This document shows positions 8,826-19,036 of a stretch of 51,261 nt of DNA, in pieces. A program made the translations under genes and the position numbers. Within the stretch, counting starts at the first letter, position 1; each line of letters begins with the position of its first letter. Source of the DNA: a virus (Duplodnaviria; Caudoviricetes); IMG/VR virus record IMGVR_UViG_3300046011_009473, positions 1 through 51,261 of that record; one strand, 5' to 3'. A model generated the notes under the pieces. The model was not told the origin of the DNA. It was given only the letters and a program-made list of their open reading frames with translations, and made no database searches.

Positions 8826-11310
8826 TTACTTCAATGTTAGTGGTTAGTGTCTTGATGTGCATAGGTTGAGGTTCGTTTTGCACAATGTCAAAAACTGGTA
8901 ATCTATCGGAGTCACCGCTTATGTTTAGTTGTTTAAACCCGCTAAAAAGTGGCACGCTTTTATTAATCGCGTCGTATTGAGACCGCATTAACACATCTCC
9001 TGCTAAAGCCTTTCTTTCACCTACTTCAATTGAGCCTCCGCGAGTTTCATAAAATAGCGCGTAACCCAGCCCTATTTTTTTCATTTTATTGTGCGCCGAA
9101 TTTACGCCAGATGGAGCTACAAAACCTGTATCAACCACCATGGGGCGAATTCTAGAAATAAAGTTTAAGCCTACGTGGACTACTACCCCAGCTAAAGACC
9201 CTTCGGCAAAAGTTACGGCTCCCCCTTCGACATTCACGGCTGGTAAAGTCGCGCCATCTGCAAAAACATCGACGGTCTCACCTTCAAGATGGTCTAAGCC
9301 TGTAACTGTAAGAACTGCTACCCCCCAAGTGTTTGCAGATAAAGAAATAGCTGAAAAATCTTCAATAATTTTTATTGTTACCTGTGTTGCGCTAGTGTAC
9401 GCAACAATCTCCGCGCGACCTTGAAGCCCGCCTAACTCGTGAATAAAGTTACCCACATCATTTGCGGCAAAAACTGAGGCCCCCGCAATTGCAGTCACGC
9501 TCAATCCAGTTATCGCGGATAGCGTTAATGCAGTAGTTTTTGTGCCGTTGTAGGTCAGCCCTGAATCAACGTAGAAACATTCGGCGTCAGTGTTACTTAG
9601 CGTCAAATCGATTGTTTCAATAAATCTTTTTATTGCGCCGTTGACATTTCGTTTTACCGCTAAATATATTGTATCGACGGAATCTAGTGTGGGTAAAACA
9701 GTTAAGCTTTCAAATTTTCCGTTAGTGATTTGGCGGCTCCAAGCGAAAACTTGCTGTTCTTCCTCGTACGTTAAGGAAGCCAACTGCCCATCAATTCGAT
9801 CAGCCAATAGCATTGAGACTGGGTTCTGCAAATATTCCATCTGACTAACCCCACTCCCAGTTATTTGCCTTGACCTTATTGTGGCGTTGCTTGCGCTGTA
9901 TTTATCTTGAGCTACGCTGAACCCTAAAGAGCGAATTTTGGTTAAACCTCGTTCAACATAAAATGGGGACTCCCCAACAAACGTGGGCTGAAGCGACGAA
10001 CTGCCAAAACGGCTTTGAGGTTTAATATCCGCATCTTTATTTGAAATCGCAGATCCTGTTGTAGAAGATTTTATTCTAAAGATAGTGTTAGCAGATCCCG
10101 CAAAAAGTACTTGGTCAGAAATTAGCCATTCAATCCCATCTTGGTTGCCTGTGTTTGCCGTAATATCAAAAGCCGCAGTAACGTCAATAGGAGATGTCGC
10201 AAAATTTTCAAAGTCTCCGTTGCTAGTGCTTAGCCAAATTTTATTTGGTTCTGAAGTTGTGCCAGCTAAAACTAAACGAGCTTCGTGCATGGTAATTGCT
10301 TTTGGGAATCCCCGAACGGAGCTAAAACTGCCTTCGTTCCAGTATTGAGTATCTGAATTGTGTAACGCGGCTGGTACAGCTTCAAACATGACAATAGCTG
10401 TCACCTGTGTTGAGCTTGTGAAAGCCGTCACTTTTACATAGGCTACGTGAGACGCCGCAGAATCGGATGCAAGTTTCCAATAAGACCCAACATGCCCCGA
10501 TTGAAACGGTGTGTGTCCTCCCGTCGCTGTCATTGTAACGCTGCCGCCTTCTGAAAAAGTGCCGCTTATTTTTAGTTTATCCGTACTGACAATGTTTTGA
10601 GCCATGAACGGGCCTTTAATAAACTCAACGTCTGCGATGTCCCAAGATAGATTGCTTAGGCGTACTAATTTTTGAGGCCAGTGAGCGCCATCTACAAGAT
10701 AGATAACGTCATTCTTTTGCGCTTTTTTTAAGCTAAAAAGATTCGCTTCTGAATACGGCGTGGTGATCTGATAAACTCGCTGCGCTGTGCCGCCAGAAAT
10801 ATAAGCCCCATAAGACGTAGTGTTCACGCCTGAAAGTTGAAAGGTGTTTGTAGTAGCCCCAGCAACTGTAACTTCTTTACCGTTTAATTCGGTCATGCCA
10901 AGAATAGCGCCAAGATCGAGTACGTCTCCGTTAGAGTACCCGTGGGCGGCTAAAGTTACTACGCCCGGATTAGCTTTAGATATCCCAGTAATATTTTTTG
11001 CGGACTCCACAAGCCGAGATTTATTGGTGAAAAATCGTAATGTATTGTTTGCAAATTCTAAAGCGTAGGTTTGCTCGGTGTTATATTGAAACGGCATTAA
11101 TCGCGATTTAGTTGAATCGCTAAATGCTGGCGCGACTAAGCGCGAACCTTTGCGCCTAAAAGCCCCGCCTTCTGGTAATATGATAAAATTTTCTGCAAGT
11201 TTTACGCCTGAGAAAAGCGGTGGGTAATCGACTCTACCATCAATAAAATCGCTGAGTTCTCCCGCAGTGAAATTTGTCTGTAACGTTGAAGTTGCAATTG
11301 TTTTAGACAT
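8818..11310 (-). CDS. Tail tubular protein B (nozzle)
   Basis: 830 aa; QTNFTAGELS...GGAFRRKG, RLMPFQY...YALEF, FAWSRQ, VDSG, GLDHLEG motifs. Confidence 0.88.
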   Translation of the reverse strand: MSKTIATSTLQTNFTAGELSDFIDGRVDYPPLFSGVKLAENFIILPEGGAFRRKGSRLVAPAFSDSTKSRLMPFQYNTEQTYALEFANNTLRFFTNKSRLVESAKNITGISKANPGVVTLAAHGYSNGDVLDLGAILGMTELNGKEVTVAGATTNTFQLSGVNTTSYGAYISGGTAQRVYQITTPYSEANLFSLKKAQKNDVIYLVDGAHWPQKLVRLSNLSWDIADVEFIKGPFMAQNIVSTDKLKISGTFSEGGSVTMTATGGHTPFQSGHVGSYWKLASDSAASHVAYVKVTAFTSSTQVTAIVMFEAVPAALHNSDTQYWNEGSFSSVRGFPKAITMHEARLVLAGTTSEPNKIWLSTSNGDFENFATSPIDVTAAFDITANTGNQDGIEWLISDQVLFAGSANTIFRIKSSTTGSAISNKDADIKPQSRFGSSSLQPTFVGESPFYVERGLTKIRSLGFSVAQDKYSASNATIRSRQITGSGVSQMEYLQNPVSMLLADRIDGQLASLTYEEEQQVFAWSRQITNGKFESLTVLPTLDSVDTIYLAVKRNVNGAIKRFIETIDLTLSNTDAECFYVDSGLTYNGTKTTALTLSAITGLSVTAIAGASVFAANDVGNFIHELGGLQGRAEIVAYTSATQVTIKIIEDFSAISLSANTWGVAVLTVTGLDHLEGETVDVFADGATLPAVNVEGGAVTFAEGSLAGVVVHVGLNFISRIRPMVVDTGFVAPSGVNSAHNKMKKIGLGYALFYETRGGSIEVGERKALAGDVLMRSQYDAINKSVPLFSGFKQLNISGDSDRLPVFDIVQNEPQPMHIKTLTTNIEVNA

Positions 11311-11908
11311 AATTTCCTAAGAATCCTGTTGAGCCATTGTTGCGGGCGGCTTCCCATTGGCTATCGTCTTGGTAGGTTTGTTGTTTTTCTTGGGAATCGT
11401 TAGTCTGCGCGTCTATTCTTAACTTTTCATATTTTGCCAAAAAACCATCGGCTAAACCTTGGTTTCCAGTTATCTTATATCCTCGAACGGCTGCTAGTTT
11501 TAAAGCAAACGTTTCAACAAAAGTAGCGTCAAATTGATTAGGGTCTGTAACTTTACCGACATACCGAATGCGTACTGCTGAAAGGTTAGTGTAAAGATAA
11601 CCAGCTTCCAAACTATACGTGGCTCTTGTGTCAGTAACGATATTTAAAAACCGTAACATTTCTGGGTTGGTCGGTAAAACATACCTATACGAAAAATCCG
11701 CGGCGATGTACGAACCGTCAGCGTTTAAGTCTTTTCTAAAAATGGCAAATTTCCAATCAAAATCTCGCAAAACTTCTTTTAAAGTCTGGTCATAAGCTTC
11801 TCGAATAGCCGAGCTTTTGACGCTTTGATCGGAATCCAAATCGATTATGGGGTCTTGTCCAAGATGGCCTAAAGCTTTATTTGCGATATCTGTTTTAGAA
11901 ACTGCCAT
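11303..11908 (-). CDS. Tail tubular protein A (head-tail adaptor)
   Basis: IANKALGHLGQ...VLRDFDWKFA...YRYVLP...FDATFVETFALKLA. Confidence 0.85.
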   Translation of the reverse strand: MAVSKTDIANKALGHLGQDPIIDLDSDQSVKSSAIREAYDQTLKEVLRDFDWKFAIFRKDLNADGSYIAADFSYRYVLPTNPEMLRFLNIVTDTRATYSLEAGYLYTNLSAVRIRYVGKVTDPNQFDATFVETFALKLAAVRGYKITGNQGLADGFLAKYEKLRIDAQTNDSQEKQQTYQDDSQWEAARNNGSTGFLGNYV

Positions 11909-11924
11909 AATGGATTATTTATTG

Positions 11925-11969
11925 AAATTTAAAACTGGTTCGGCGATATGAGGATTACAACCGAACCAG
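11925..11969 (-). terminator. Probable intrinsic terminator after the capsid/decoration genes
   Basis: 9-bp stem CTGGTTCGG/CCGAACCAG (11935..11969) followed by TTTTAAATTT on the minus strand; second hairpin TACCTG/CAGGTA at 11973..11993. Confidence 0.6.
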
Positions 11970-12000
11970 CCCTACCTGTTTTTTACGCAGGTATTCTGTC

Positions 12001-12495
12001 TTACTTCATAGCGTAAAGGATTTCGATAACTACGTCCCCATCGGCAGTGCCGATAGTGTTGCCAGTTAAAACGATGTCCAAATTGTGAGCTGGGTCAGCG
12101 GCTAAACCTGCAATTTCCCAAAGTTCTTTGTAACGATTTTCGATAGCTACTGCCGCGAAACCGTCAAGAACCTTAGAAGCTGTTGCTAGAGTCTGACCGT
12201 CCATCAAACAGTCAGCGTCAATAACTGCGCCGCCTTTGTTTGTTGGATAAGCCACACCTAGATCATAGTCTGTGCCACCAGTGATAGCGTCACATAAAAC
12301 TTTGATGTCTTTGATAACCGCGTTAGAAGGTAGTCTTGCCATGCGGAAATTATTAGTGTCCGCGTCAGCTGCTAAAATCCCAACGTGAGCGCGAACATGT
12401 TTAATGTCAGCGCCGTTGTTATTAGACGATGGTAGTACTGGTGGAACTGAATCCAAGCCTGTGATATTAATACTATCTGATCTTACAAATGCCAT
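12001..12495 (-). CDS. Probable capsid decoration/minor virion protein
   Basis: Beta-rich 164 aa immediately after the major capsid gene; RMARLPSNAVI motif. Confidence 0.6.
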   Translation of the reverse strand: MAFVRSDSINITGLDSVPPVLPSSNNNGADIKHVRAHVGILAADADTNNFRMARLPSNAVIKDIKVLCDAITGGTDYDLGVAYPTNKGGAVIDADCLMDGQTLATASKVLDGFAAVAIENRYKELWEIAGLAADPAHNLDIVLTGNTIGTADGDVVIEILYAMK

Positions 12496-12525
12496 ATAGA
12501 TTTCTCCAAAAAAATAAGTTAAAGA

Positions 12526-13395
12526 TTATGATTCAGTACAAGCAATTTCTACAACTTCTTTGTCTTCGATACGAGTAGCACCCATGTCGATTTCAATGTA
12601 TCCGACAGAAGCGAAAGATTTACCTGCGTCTTTACCAACTTCGGTTCTCATATCTTTATTGATAGCGATACCTAAAGCGTTTTGAGTGTAGACGTAGCAC
12701 AATCTTTCTGAAGACGCGTTAGTTAAAAGTTTTTGCGATCTGATAAATTTGAAACCTAAGAAAGTGTCAATTTTACCTTCTGCCAAAGCTTTAACAGTAT
12801 TGTAATCCGCGTTTTTAATTTCAGTTGTATTGAAAAGATTGGTCAACTGTTTTGAAGAAAGAACAATGTGTCTCGCGATTTCTTCATCTACATCCGCGCC
12901 ATCGAGAATTTCTTTAGCTGATAGTAATTTAGTTAAAGTCATGCCAGTTGCAGAGGCTACAATTTTCTGAGCTGATGGTAGTGCAACTACAGTTGTACCG
13001 TCTTTACCTTCGTAAGCCGAACCGCCAAGTGCGCTGATGATGATTTCATCTTTTTTACGCATGGTCGCATATTTTAACATATCCATATAGTTTGGCTGTA
13101 AAGATACTAATGCTCTATCTTGATCGTAATCGTCGATCGGAACGCCTTGGTGAAATCTAGTTGGGACAACTTTACGTTTAGAATGTTGAGGATCGACAAG
13201 TGGAGTCGGAGAAAATCTTTGAGTTTTTTCTTGAAGTTCTACAGAACCTAATTTGTTGAAATAGAATTCTTCAGCTGAAACACCAACTTTTCGTTGAACG
13301 GTTCCGTCTAAGCGTGAATTTTTTTGCTGAATTGCGTGGATAATATCGTCAGAAAACTGCTTAATATGTACCTGATTTTGTGCGTCGATAGACAT
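12526..13395 (-). CDS. Major capsid protein
   Basis: QFSDDI...QQKNSRL, RKKDEII, DYNTVKALAEGKIDTFLGFKFIRS, MGATRIEDKEVVEI; follows the scaffold gene. Confidence 0.88.
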   Translation of the reverse strand: MSIDAQNQVHIKQFSDDIIHAIQQKNSRLDGTVQRKVGVSAEEFYFNKLGSVELQEKTQRFSPTPLVDPQHSKRKVVPTRFHQGVPIDDYDQDRALVSLQPNYMDMLKYATMRKKDEIIISALGGSAYEGKDGTTVVALPSAQKIVASATGMTLTKLLSAKEILDGADVDEEIARHIVLSSKQLTNLFNTTEIKNADYNTVKALAEGKIDTFLGFKFIRSQKLLTNASSERLCYVYTQNALGIAINKDMRTEVGKDAGKSFASVGYIEIDMGATRIEDKEVVEIACTES

Positions 13396-13587
13396 ATATT
13401 TAATACCTTAAAAAATTTTAAAAAATAACAAAAAATAATAGAGAAATTTTAATGTAATCGCATTCGATTATATTAGATATTTTTCGATTTTCTCATCGCT
13501 ACCCTTCTAATTTTTTATGGACTGATACCAGCTACCCACGCAATTAGCGGACAATTCTAAATCAAATTAATAATTCTTGCGAAACAA

Positions 13588-14415
13588 CTACTCTTTCCCG
13601 TCTGCTGCCAAATAAAGGTTTGCCATGTCAGCTCTCGCTGCTTGGTCGCCTTTATGGTAAGGATGTTCTGGGTTGTTTCTAATTTCGCGGATTTTTGCAG
13701 TAGCTTGTTCTGGTGTCAAGTTATTTTTTTCACTGCCTTGTTTTTGCAAAGACGTTTCTCCAATTTTGCTGTAAATGCTAGACATCATCTTAGTAATGCT
13801 GGTCTTAATACCCACAGGCAAATTTGAAACTTCTTTTTTTAACTCTGGTGTGGCAAAAAGTTCAAAAGCTTTGTGTGCGTTTGTGATATTTTCGTCAAAA
13901 TTAGCACCCCATTCTTTTTTTAAAGAATCTTCGGCGCTTTTTAATTCGGTAGCCTCAGCCGCTTTTCCGGCTTCAGCTAGTTCGCTTTCCGCGCCTAAAA
14001 ATTCATTTATCAATTCTTGAAATTGGGCTGGCGGAATTTGAAGAGCGGCTGCTTTTGCAGAAACTCTATCAAAAATTTCTGGTGTGACAGCAGGCTTACC
14101 TTCTTCTGCATTGTATTTGTAAGCATCAGCTTCATAAACCGTTTTAGCTTCTTCTCCGATAATCGGGGTAGCTTTTGACCCAAGCATTTTTTCTAAGTGC
14201 AAATGGCTTTTTACTAAATCATCGACGCTTTTATAATTTTGAAGGGATTTATTTGCACGATATTCTTCGGCTAATGCTTCGCGCCAATTTGAACCCGCGC
14301 CGTTAGGGCTTTGCGGCGATTCATTATTGACGGTGCTTCCCGAGTTTTTGCTAATATTTTCTGGTGCGGCAGCTACTGCTGGCACGCCGCCGCCATTTTC
14401 AATTTCTGTACTCAT
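13588..14415 (-). CDS. Capsid scaffolding protein
   Basis: WREAL...YKSVDDLVKSHLHLEKMLG, LKKEWGANFD, HPYH; lies between portal and capsid. Confidence 0.8.
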   Translation of the reverse strand: MSTEIENGGGVPAVAAAPENISKNSGSTVNNESPQSPNGAGSNWREALAEEYRANKSLQNYKSVDDLVKSHLHLEKMLGSKATPIIGEEAKTVYEADAYKYNAEEGKPAVTPEIFDRVSAKAAALQIPPAQFQELINEFLGAESELAEAGKAAEATELKSAEDSLKKEWGANFDENITNAHKAFELFATPELKKEVSNLPVGIKTSITKMMSSIYSKIGETSLQKQGSEKNNLTPEQATAKIREIRNNPEHPYHKGDQAARADMANLYLAADGKE

Positions 14416-14435
14416 ATTCTTTAATGTTTTTGTTG

Positions 14436-14732
14436 TTAATTAAGCGGATCATTTTCTTCTTCATCGACTGAAGTTTGAAATTGATCTGAATCGGCGGCTT
14501 TGTTTTTATGAGTAATTACAATCTCATGGTCAACTAACCGCTGAATTTCTAAATAGGTATCGCGCTTTGCAGCTTTAAACGCCATGATAAGCGGGTCGGT
14601 GTCAAAAGAGTTTAAATCTTTACCGCAAAGTTCACCAATGAATTGCAAAACTTTTTTGCCGTCTGGTGTACCAAAAACTTCTTTAAATGCAATTAACTGT
14701 TCTTTTCTATTTTTGAAAATTGGTTTTGTCAT
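14436..14732 (-). CDS. Small conserved portal-adjacent protein (Bbp19-like)
   Basis: FKEVFGTPDGKKVL...DPLIMAF pattern and position. Confidence 0.65.
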   Translation of the reverse strand: MTKPIFKNRKEQLIAFKEVFGTPDGKKVLQFIGELCGKDLNSFDTDPLIMAFKAAKRDTYLEIQRLVDHEIVITHKNKAADSDQFQTSVDEEENDPLN

Positions 14733-16405
14733 TATTGCCCAAGCCCCGCTTTTTTAGCTGTTGAAGCCCCTTCTACAAAAGCCGCTGCATCTTCTTTAGC
14801 TTGAGCCGTTTCTTGAGCCTGTAATTTTTCTTTGCGAATTTGTGCGACTCTTTCGTCGTCATTGATTAGCTTGGGATCAAGACCCAAAATTCTAAATTTT
14901 TTACGTACTACTTGGTCAATGTCAATCAAATCCGCTGCTTGTGGATAAACTCCGATAACAGCCATAACGTCGGCTAACCAAGTGTTTATTGACGATAGCT
15001 CTGCTTGTTGCTGCGCTTGAGTTACTGGACTCTGATATGTTATTCTAAGCGCTGGCCCAGCTTTTAGTTCGTCTGGCATTTCTGGAAAAACCGCGTCAGA
15101 TAAAAGCTCAAACGTGTTATTACCTTCAGCATCTGTTGAAATGATATTAAAAGATTTTCTAAAAAGAATATCAAAAGTTCTTGATAGCATTGACTCCAAG
15201 CCTTCTGACAAAAGACGACCAAGCATCGGCGCCATAATTCTTAATTTTTGCATCTCGATTAACTGAACCTGTCCAAGTGTGGCGCGCGGGTCTGCTAAAG
15301 TTTTAGTTCTATCCAAAAAGAAAGTGCGCTGAATATTTGCTTCTTTTCTTTGAATCATTTCAAGCGTCACTGGAATATTTCCAACAGTCTGAATTGGCTC
15401 AATACCTTTACCACCCGTAATCGGATTTACTTTAAGCATATTAAGCGCACCGGCTGAAAGATTAATTCTCCCAAGCACCATGTCATGAACCACTTGCAAA
15501 GGCGGCTTTAGATATTTTTCGGTTGCTCGCATTACGTCGCGAGACATTTGGTTCAATTGCAACACGTCTGGTAACGCAATCATGCCTTGAGACCGACCGT
15601 AGACCTCGCCTTCTGTAACTTCCCAACGTCCTACTGCGATTGGTGGAGTGTACGCCCCGCCTTCTTGAATGATTACTTTATGTTTGCAATCGACAAAAAT
15701 ACTGGCAATTGGCAAATTTTCTGGTGTAAGTTTTTCTTTGTCCCGATCTTTTCTTGGGAACGTGTGCCACTCAAAATCAAATTCTTCAAACGGTTTTTTT
15801 TCGGCGCTTTCTCTAATTTTTTCTGATAGCGCGTCGCCCCATTTTTCGACTGCTGCGCGGGCTGTCATCTTAAAAGTAAGAATGACCATATCTATCAAGC
15901 CAAACTCGTTTTCAGCCACGTAAAGATTCTTTACGTTACGTGCCATATAAACTAAATCTGAATCTTTTGCTGCGTCAGTTTGAAGCCCTGCTGCACCAAA
16001 AACTACTTGGTCTAAATACCATTCTTGAAGAGCCTCTGTGAGACGGGCTTTTGGGTGATACATCTTAGAAAACATAATGTCACGGGCTTCTGAAAGCCAT
16101 TTAGAAACATTAGTTTTCGCGTTCAAATCCGGGTCAACTGTTTCGATTCCGAACCATTTCGACGTTGGATTCGTAAGAATACCATGCAATAAAATCGAAA
16201 GTTCTTGCGCGTCTGCGATTGGCGAACTTTCAAACACCTTCGCCATCTGATTTTGACCTTTTGATTTTGTCTCAATGATGTCAGATTTTCTTGGCAAAAG
16301 ATAAGACGCGCATTGCTGCCACAATGTTTCAAAATTGCTTCGATTAGCTTTTATTTGCTGCGTACGTCCTAAAAGATCCGCGGCTGTTAGTGGTCTTTGT
16401 GCCAT
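14732..16405 (-). CDS. Portal (head-tail connector)
   Basis: 557 aa; RSNFETLWQ...YLLP, LTNPTSKWF, RWEVTEGEVYGRSQGMIALPD. Confidence 0.93.
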   Translation of the reverse strand: MAQRPLTAADLLGRTQQIKANRSNFETLWQQCASYLLPRKSDIIETKSKGQNQMAKVFESSPIADAQELSILLHGILTNPTSKWFGIETVDPDLNAKTNVSKWLSEARDIMFSKMYHPKARLTEALQEWYLDQVVFGAAGLQTDAAKDSDLVYMARNVKNLYVAENEFGLIDMVILTFKMTARAAVEKWGDALSEKIRESAEKKPFEEFDFEWHTFPRKDRDKEKLTPENLPIASIFVDCKHKVIIQEGGAYTPPIAVGRWEVTEGEVYGRSQGMIALPDVLQLNQMSRDVMRATEKYLKPPLQVVHDMVLGRINLSAGALNMLKVNPITGGKGIEPIQTVGNIPVTLEMIQRKEANIQRTFFLDRTKTLADPRATLGQVQLIEMQKLRIMAPMLGRLLSEGLESMLSRTFDILFRKSFNIISTDAEGNNTFELLSDAVFPEMPDELKAGPALRITYQSPVTQAQQQAELSSINTWLADVMAVIGVYPQAADLIDIDQVVRKKFRILGLDPKLINDDERVAQIRKEKLQAQETAQAKEDAAAFVEGASTAKKAGLGQ

Positions 16406-16407
16406 GG

Positions 16408-16782
16408 TTAAGCTCCAAGAATTGATCGTTGAGTACCCGCAGCTGCTGTTGTAGAAGATCCAATTAATGACTTATTAAACAAATTAGAATCGGTGCTTCC
16501 GCCAAAAACTGTTTTTTTTCTAGCTCTTTCTTTCTGAGCGCGTACTGATTCTTCTGCAATTAATTTGTCTGCATTTGCTTGTGCAACCGATGCCGCTGCA
16601 TCTTTCTGCGCCCCTGCTACCTGACGGGCTGCACTTTGTTGGGCTTCTTTTCCTAATTGCTTAACGCCTTCGTACCCTGTGTACGTCGAGGTCAGGAAAA
16701 GTTTTTCTGGGTTATCTTTAACAGCTCTTACTGTACCTTCTAACACATCGCTGATTGGTCTAAGTGGATTTGATTTGCCCAT
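16408..16782 (-). CDS. Hypothetical protein, probably virion-associated
   Basis: Ala/Gln-rich, ends ILGA, lies between terL and portal. Confidence 0.6.
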   Translation of the reverse strand: MGKSNPLRPISDVLEGTVRAVKDNPEKLFLTSTYTGYEGVKQLGKEAQQSAARQVAGAQKDAAASVAQANADKLIAEESVRAQKERARKKTVFGGSTDSNLFNKSLIGSSTTAAAGTQRSILGA

Positions 16783-16802
16783 AGTTTTAAAAAAATTTTA
16801 AA

Positions 16803-18119
16803 TTAATCAAAGTAATCCGCAGTTAATTGAAGCGGCTGTAAATTGTCAAGTTGAGTTTTCATTCGAGAAAAATGCACAGCTAAATACCTTGCAGCATCTG
16901 CGGCATGTGATGCCCAGTTATGCACTGGTTTTGCCCCCCTATCGTTTTTCTTTTCATCAAATTTCGATGCGTAAGCTTCCAAAGCCGCGATCAAATCTTT
17001 ACAACTTTCTTCATCAATCACTAATCTTGGAAACAACGCCCTTAAAGCATTAATGCCGTCTTGCACTGGGATTTTTGCTACGATGTCAAAGTTAATTCCG
17101 AGTTTTTTAGCCGTTTCATATGTTGACTCACCAGTGGCAAAAACGCCATTTGCTAAATCGTGCGGCCCGTTATGACTCGAATACATATATGGTTTTGCTT
17201 TACACACGCGGGCGTAGTGTTCCATCCCTTTTTTACTGTTCTGATAGTAATCGATGACTCGCACTTCAGACCCAAACTTTGGCACTTGCGTAAAAATTAT
17301 TGAAGTAGTGTCTGAATACCCAATATCCCAAATTGTTTGCACTGGCAAATTTGGATCATGCGGTACCCTACAAATTCTGCCCTCTTTTCTAGCAGCTGCA
17401 AGTTGTTCGCCGTAATAAGCTTCGTCAACTGGGGCTTCAAAAGAGCAGTAATATTCTTGCTCGAATAGAGCTAAAGACTTGCCTTCAGATATGTGCCGCG
17501 TTTTTAGCTCTTGCAAATCTTCTTCAGTAAAAACTTGCCCTTTAGTGTCATTTGCGGTGAGCAATGACGCATGCCACTTCGGGTTTGTTTTCGCCATTTC
17601 ATAAAGCCTGTACGCGTGGTTTTTCCCCTTTGGCGTAAAGTTCACGAGTAAAAACCCTTTGGTCGCTAGCAACATTGGCTCTATTAAGTCAATAAGTGAT
17701 GGTCGCTGTTCTGCATACTCTGACACAATTGCGCCTTTAATCCCTGCGCCGCGAAGTGCGTCCGGGTCGTCGCCTCCAATAATTTGATAGACCGACCCAT
17801 TGACCAGTTTAATTTTCATTTCTTGGTCATTTTTAGACGTAATTAGCTGTTGTGGTATGTGATCTAAATATTTGCGACCGTCCACTGTGGATTCGTCCCA
17901 AATTGCTTTCTTTCCCTGCTTGTATGTGGGGAAAATGTGCCAATAAGTGCCCGGTTTTTCTACGGCTTCCGAAATAAGCCAATTTAAATCGAAAAGGTCT
18001 TTTCCCGTGCGTCGATGCCACACCTGAACAACTCGTTTTATGCCTGCTTCAAGCGCTGCCCATGTCGGCATCTGATAATTTCTCGGTTTCCAATTGTACG
18101 GAATGGTAATTTTAGGCAT
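16803..18119 (-). CDS. terL: Terminase large subunit
   Basis: PRNYQ, Walker A WHRRTGKD, Walker B variant IVSEYA, FTPKG, FEQEYYC, nuclease WDIG, HAADAARY. Confidence 0.95.
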   Translation of the reverse strand: MPKITIPYNWKPRNYQMPTWAALEAGIKRVVQVWHRRTGKDLFDLNWLISEAVEKPGTYWHIFPTYKQGKKAIWDESTVDGRKYLDHIPQQLITSKNDQEMKIKLVNGSVYQIIGGDDPDALRGAGIKGAIVSEYAEQRPSLIDLIEPMLLATKGFLLVNFTPKGKNHAYRLYEMAKTNPKWHASLLTANDTKGQVFTEEDLQELKTRHISEGKSLALFEQEYYCSFEAPVDEAYYGEQLAAARKEGRICRVPHDPNLPVQTIWDIGYSDTTSIIFTQVPKFGSEVRVIDYYQNSKKGMEHYARVCKAKPYMYSSHNGPHDLANGVFATGESTYETAKKLGINFDIVAKIPVQDGINALRALFPRLVIDEESCKDLIAALEAYASKFDEKKNDRGAKPVHNWASHAADAARYLAVHFSRMKTQLDNLQPLQLTADYFD

Positions 18120-18708
18120 TTTCTATCTCACCTTTAATTGTATGGGCATTAATCGGGTCGGTGAACATTTGTCGTGTAACTGAAAATGTGAGTTCTCCGG
18201 ATAATTCCTGTTTTTCTCTCCAATCAAAATCGTTTTTAAGCACCAGCGCCACGCCACCCGTATTTGGGCGACCATCAATTAATCGGCTTGATAAATATGA
18301 TTCAATTCTGGTTTTTGCCGCTGAAATTATTGGACCGTACACGGGTTTTTCTTCCCAAGCGTTTAACATTTTACGGCTCATATTAAGGTGTAAGGCTAAA
18401 CTAGCTGTTGAAGGCTCTATTCGTTTATTGGGATCCGCGTGTTCTACTTCTTGAAAATATAAATCAATTTTTTCTACTAACTCGACTGGATTAGCAAATT
18501 CTGGCTGGTTAAAATTTGAGCTTAATTTTTGATTGAGCGGGTCAAATTTTTTGTAATTAGTTCGCACTGGCGTAGGTTCTCGTTTAAGTAGATTTGCTAA
18601 AATATTGTTAGCTTTTTCTACAACTTGCTGAGAAGGTTTTAAGGGTTCGTTTTCTAAAAGCTCAAAAGAATCCAAAGGCGTTAATAAATCGTCGTCTAAA
18701 TATAACAT
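18112..18708 (-). CDS. terS: Terminase small subunit (P22 gp3-like)
   Basis: ELVEKIDLYF...STASLALHLNMSR...IISAAKTRIE...LKNDFDWREKQE; overlaps the terL start. Confidence 0.78.
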   Translation of the reverse strand: MLYLDDDLLTPLDSFELLENEPLKPSQQVVEKANNILANLLKREPTPVRTNYKKFDPLNQKLSSNFNQPEFANPVELVEKIDLYFQEVEHADPNKRIEPSTASLALHLNMSRKMLNAWEEKPVYGPIISAAKTRIESYLSSRLIDGRPNTGGVALVLKNDFDWREKQELSGELTFSVTRQMFTDPINAHTIKGEIENA

Positions 18709-18744
18709 AGGTTAAAGTTTTATGATTTTTTTTAAAATTTTTTG

Positions 18745-18773
18745 AATTTTCTTTAAAAAAAAAAATTTGTCAA
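18745..18773 (-). promoter_or_regulatory. Candidate sigma70-type promoter for the late operon
   Basis: Minus strand TTGACA (18773..18768), 17 nt, AAAATT; lies upstream of terS. Confidence 0.45.
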
Positions 18774-18886
18774 TCAATAACTGTGTACAGATTATAGCCG
18801 TTGTGGCGGGTACACTGTTGGAACGTTTGCGCGCGCACGCGGCGGCGCCCGAATTTACGCCCCCCACCCCCTTTTTCAGCCGTTGC

Positions 18887-18999
18887 GGAGCCTACAGCCT
18901 AGCGGTTTCACGAACCCTACACCCCCTAAGCGGCAAACGCTGCGTTATTGGGGAGCCTACAGACTAGCGGATTCACGAACCTTACGCCCCCTAAGGGGC
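18887..18999. repeat. Two 48-bp direct repeats (18887..18934, 18952..18999)
   Basis: GGAGCCTACAG(C/A)CTAGCGG(T/A)TTCACGAACC(C/T)TAC(A/G)CCCCCTAAG(C/G)GGC; 5 mismatches. Confidence 0.95.
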
Positions 19000-19006
19000 T
19001 GCTAAA

Positions 19007-19036
19007 GTGTAATGCGTGTAATGCGTGTAATGCGTG
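19007..19036. repeat. Tandem 9-mer (GTGTAATGC)x3 plus GTG, iteron-like
   Basis: Read directly; related copy GTGTAATACGTG at 19165..19176. Confidence 0.95.

Noticed and set aside
18887-19036. CRISPR or mini-CRISPR array
   Set aside because: Only two 48-bp copies separated by 17 nt, plus spacer-less 9-mers. The only Cas-like gene is the ordinary phage DUF2800 nuclease.
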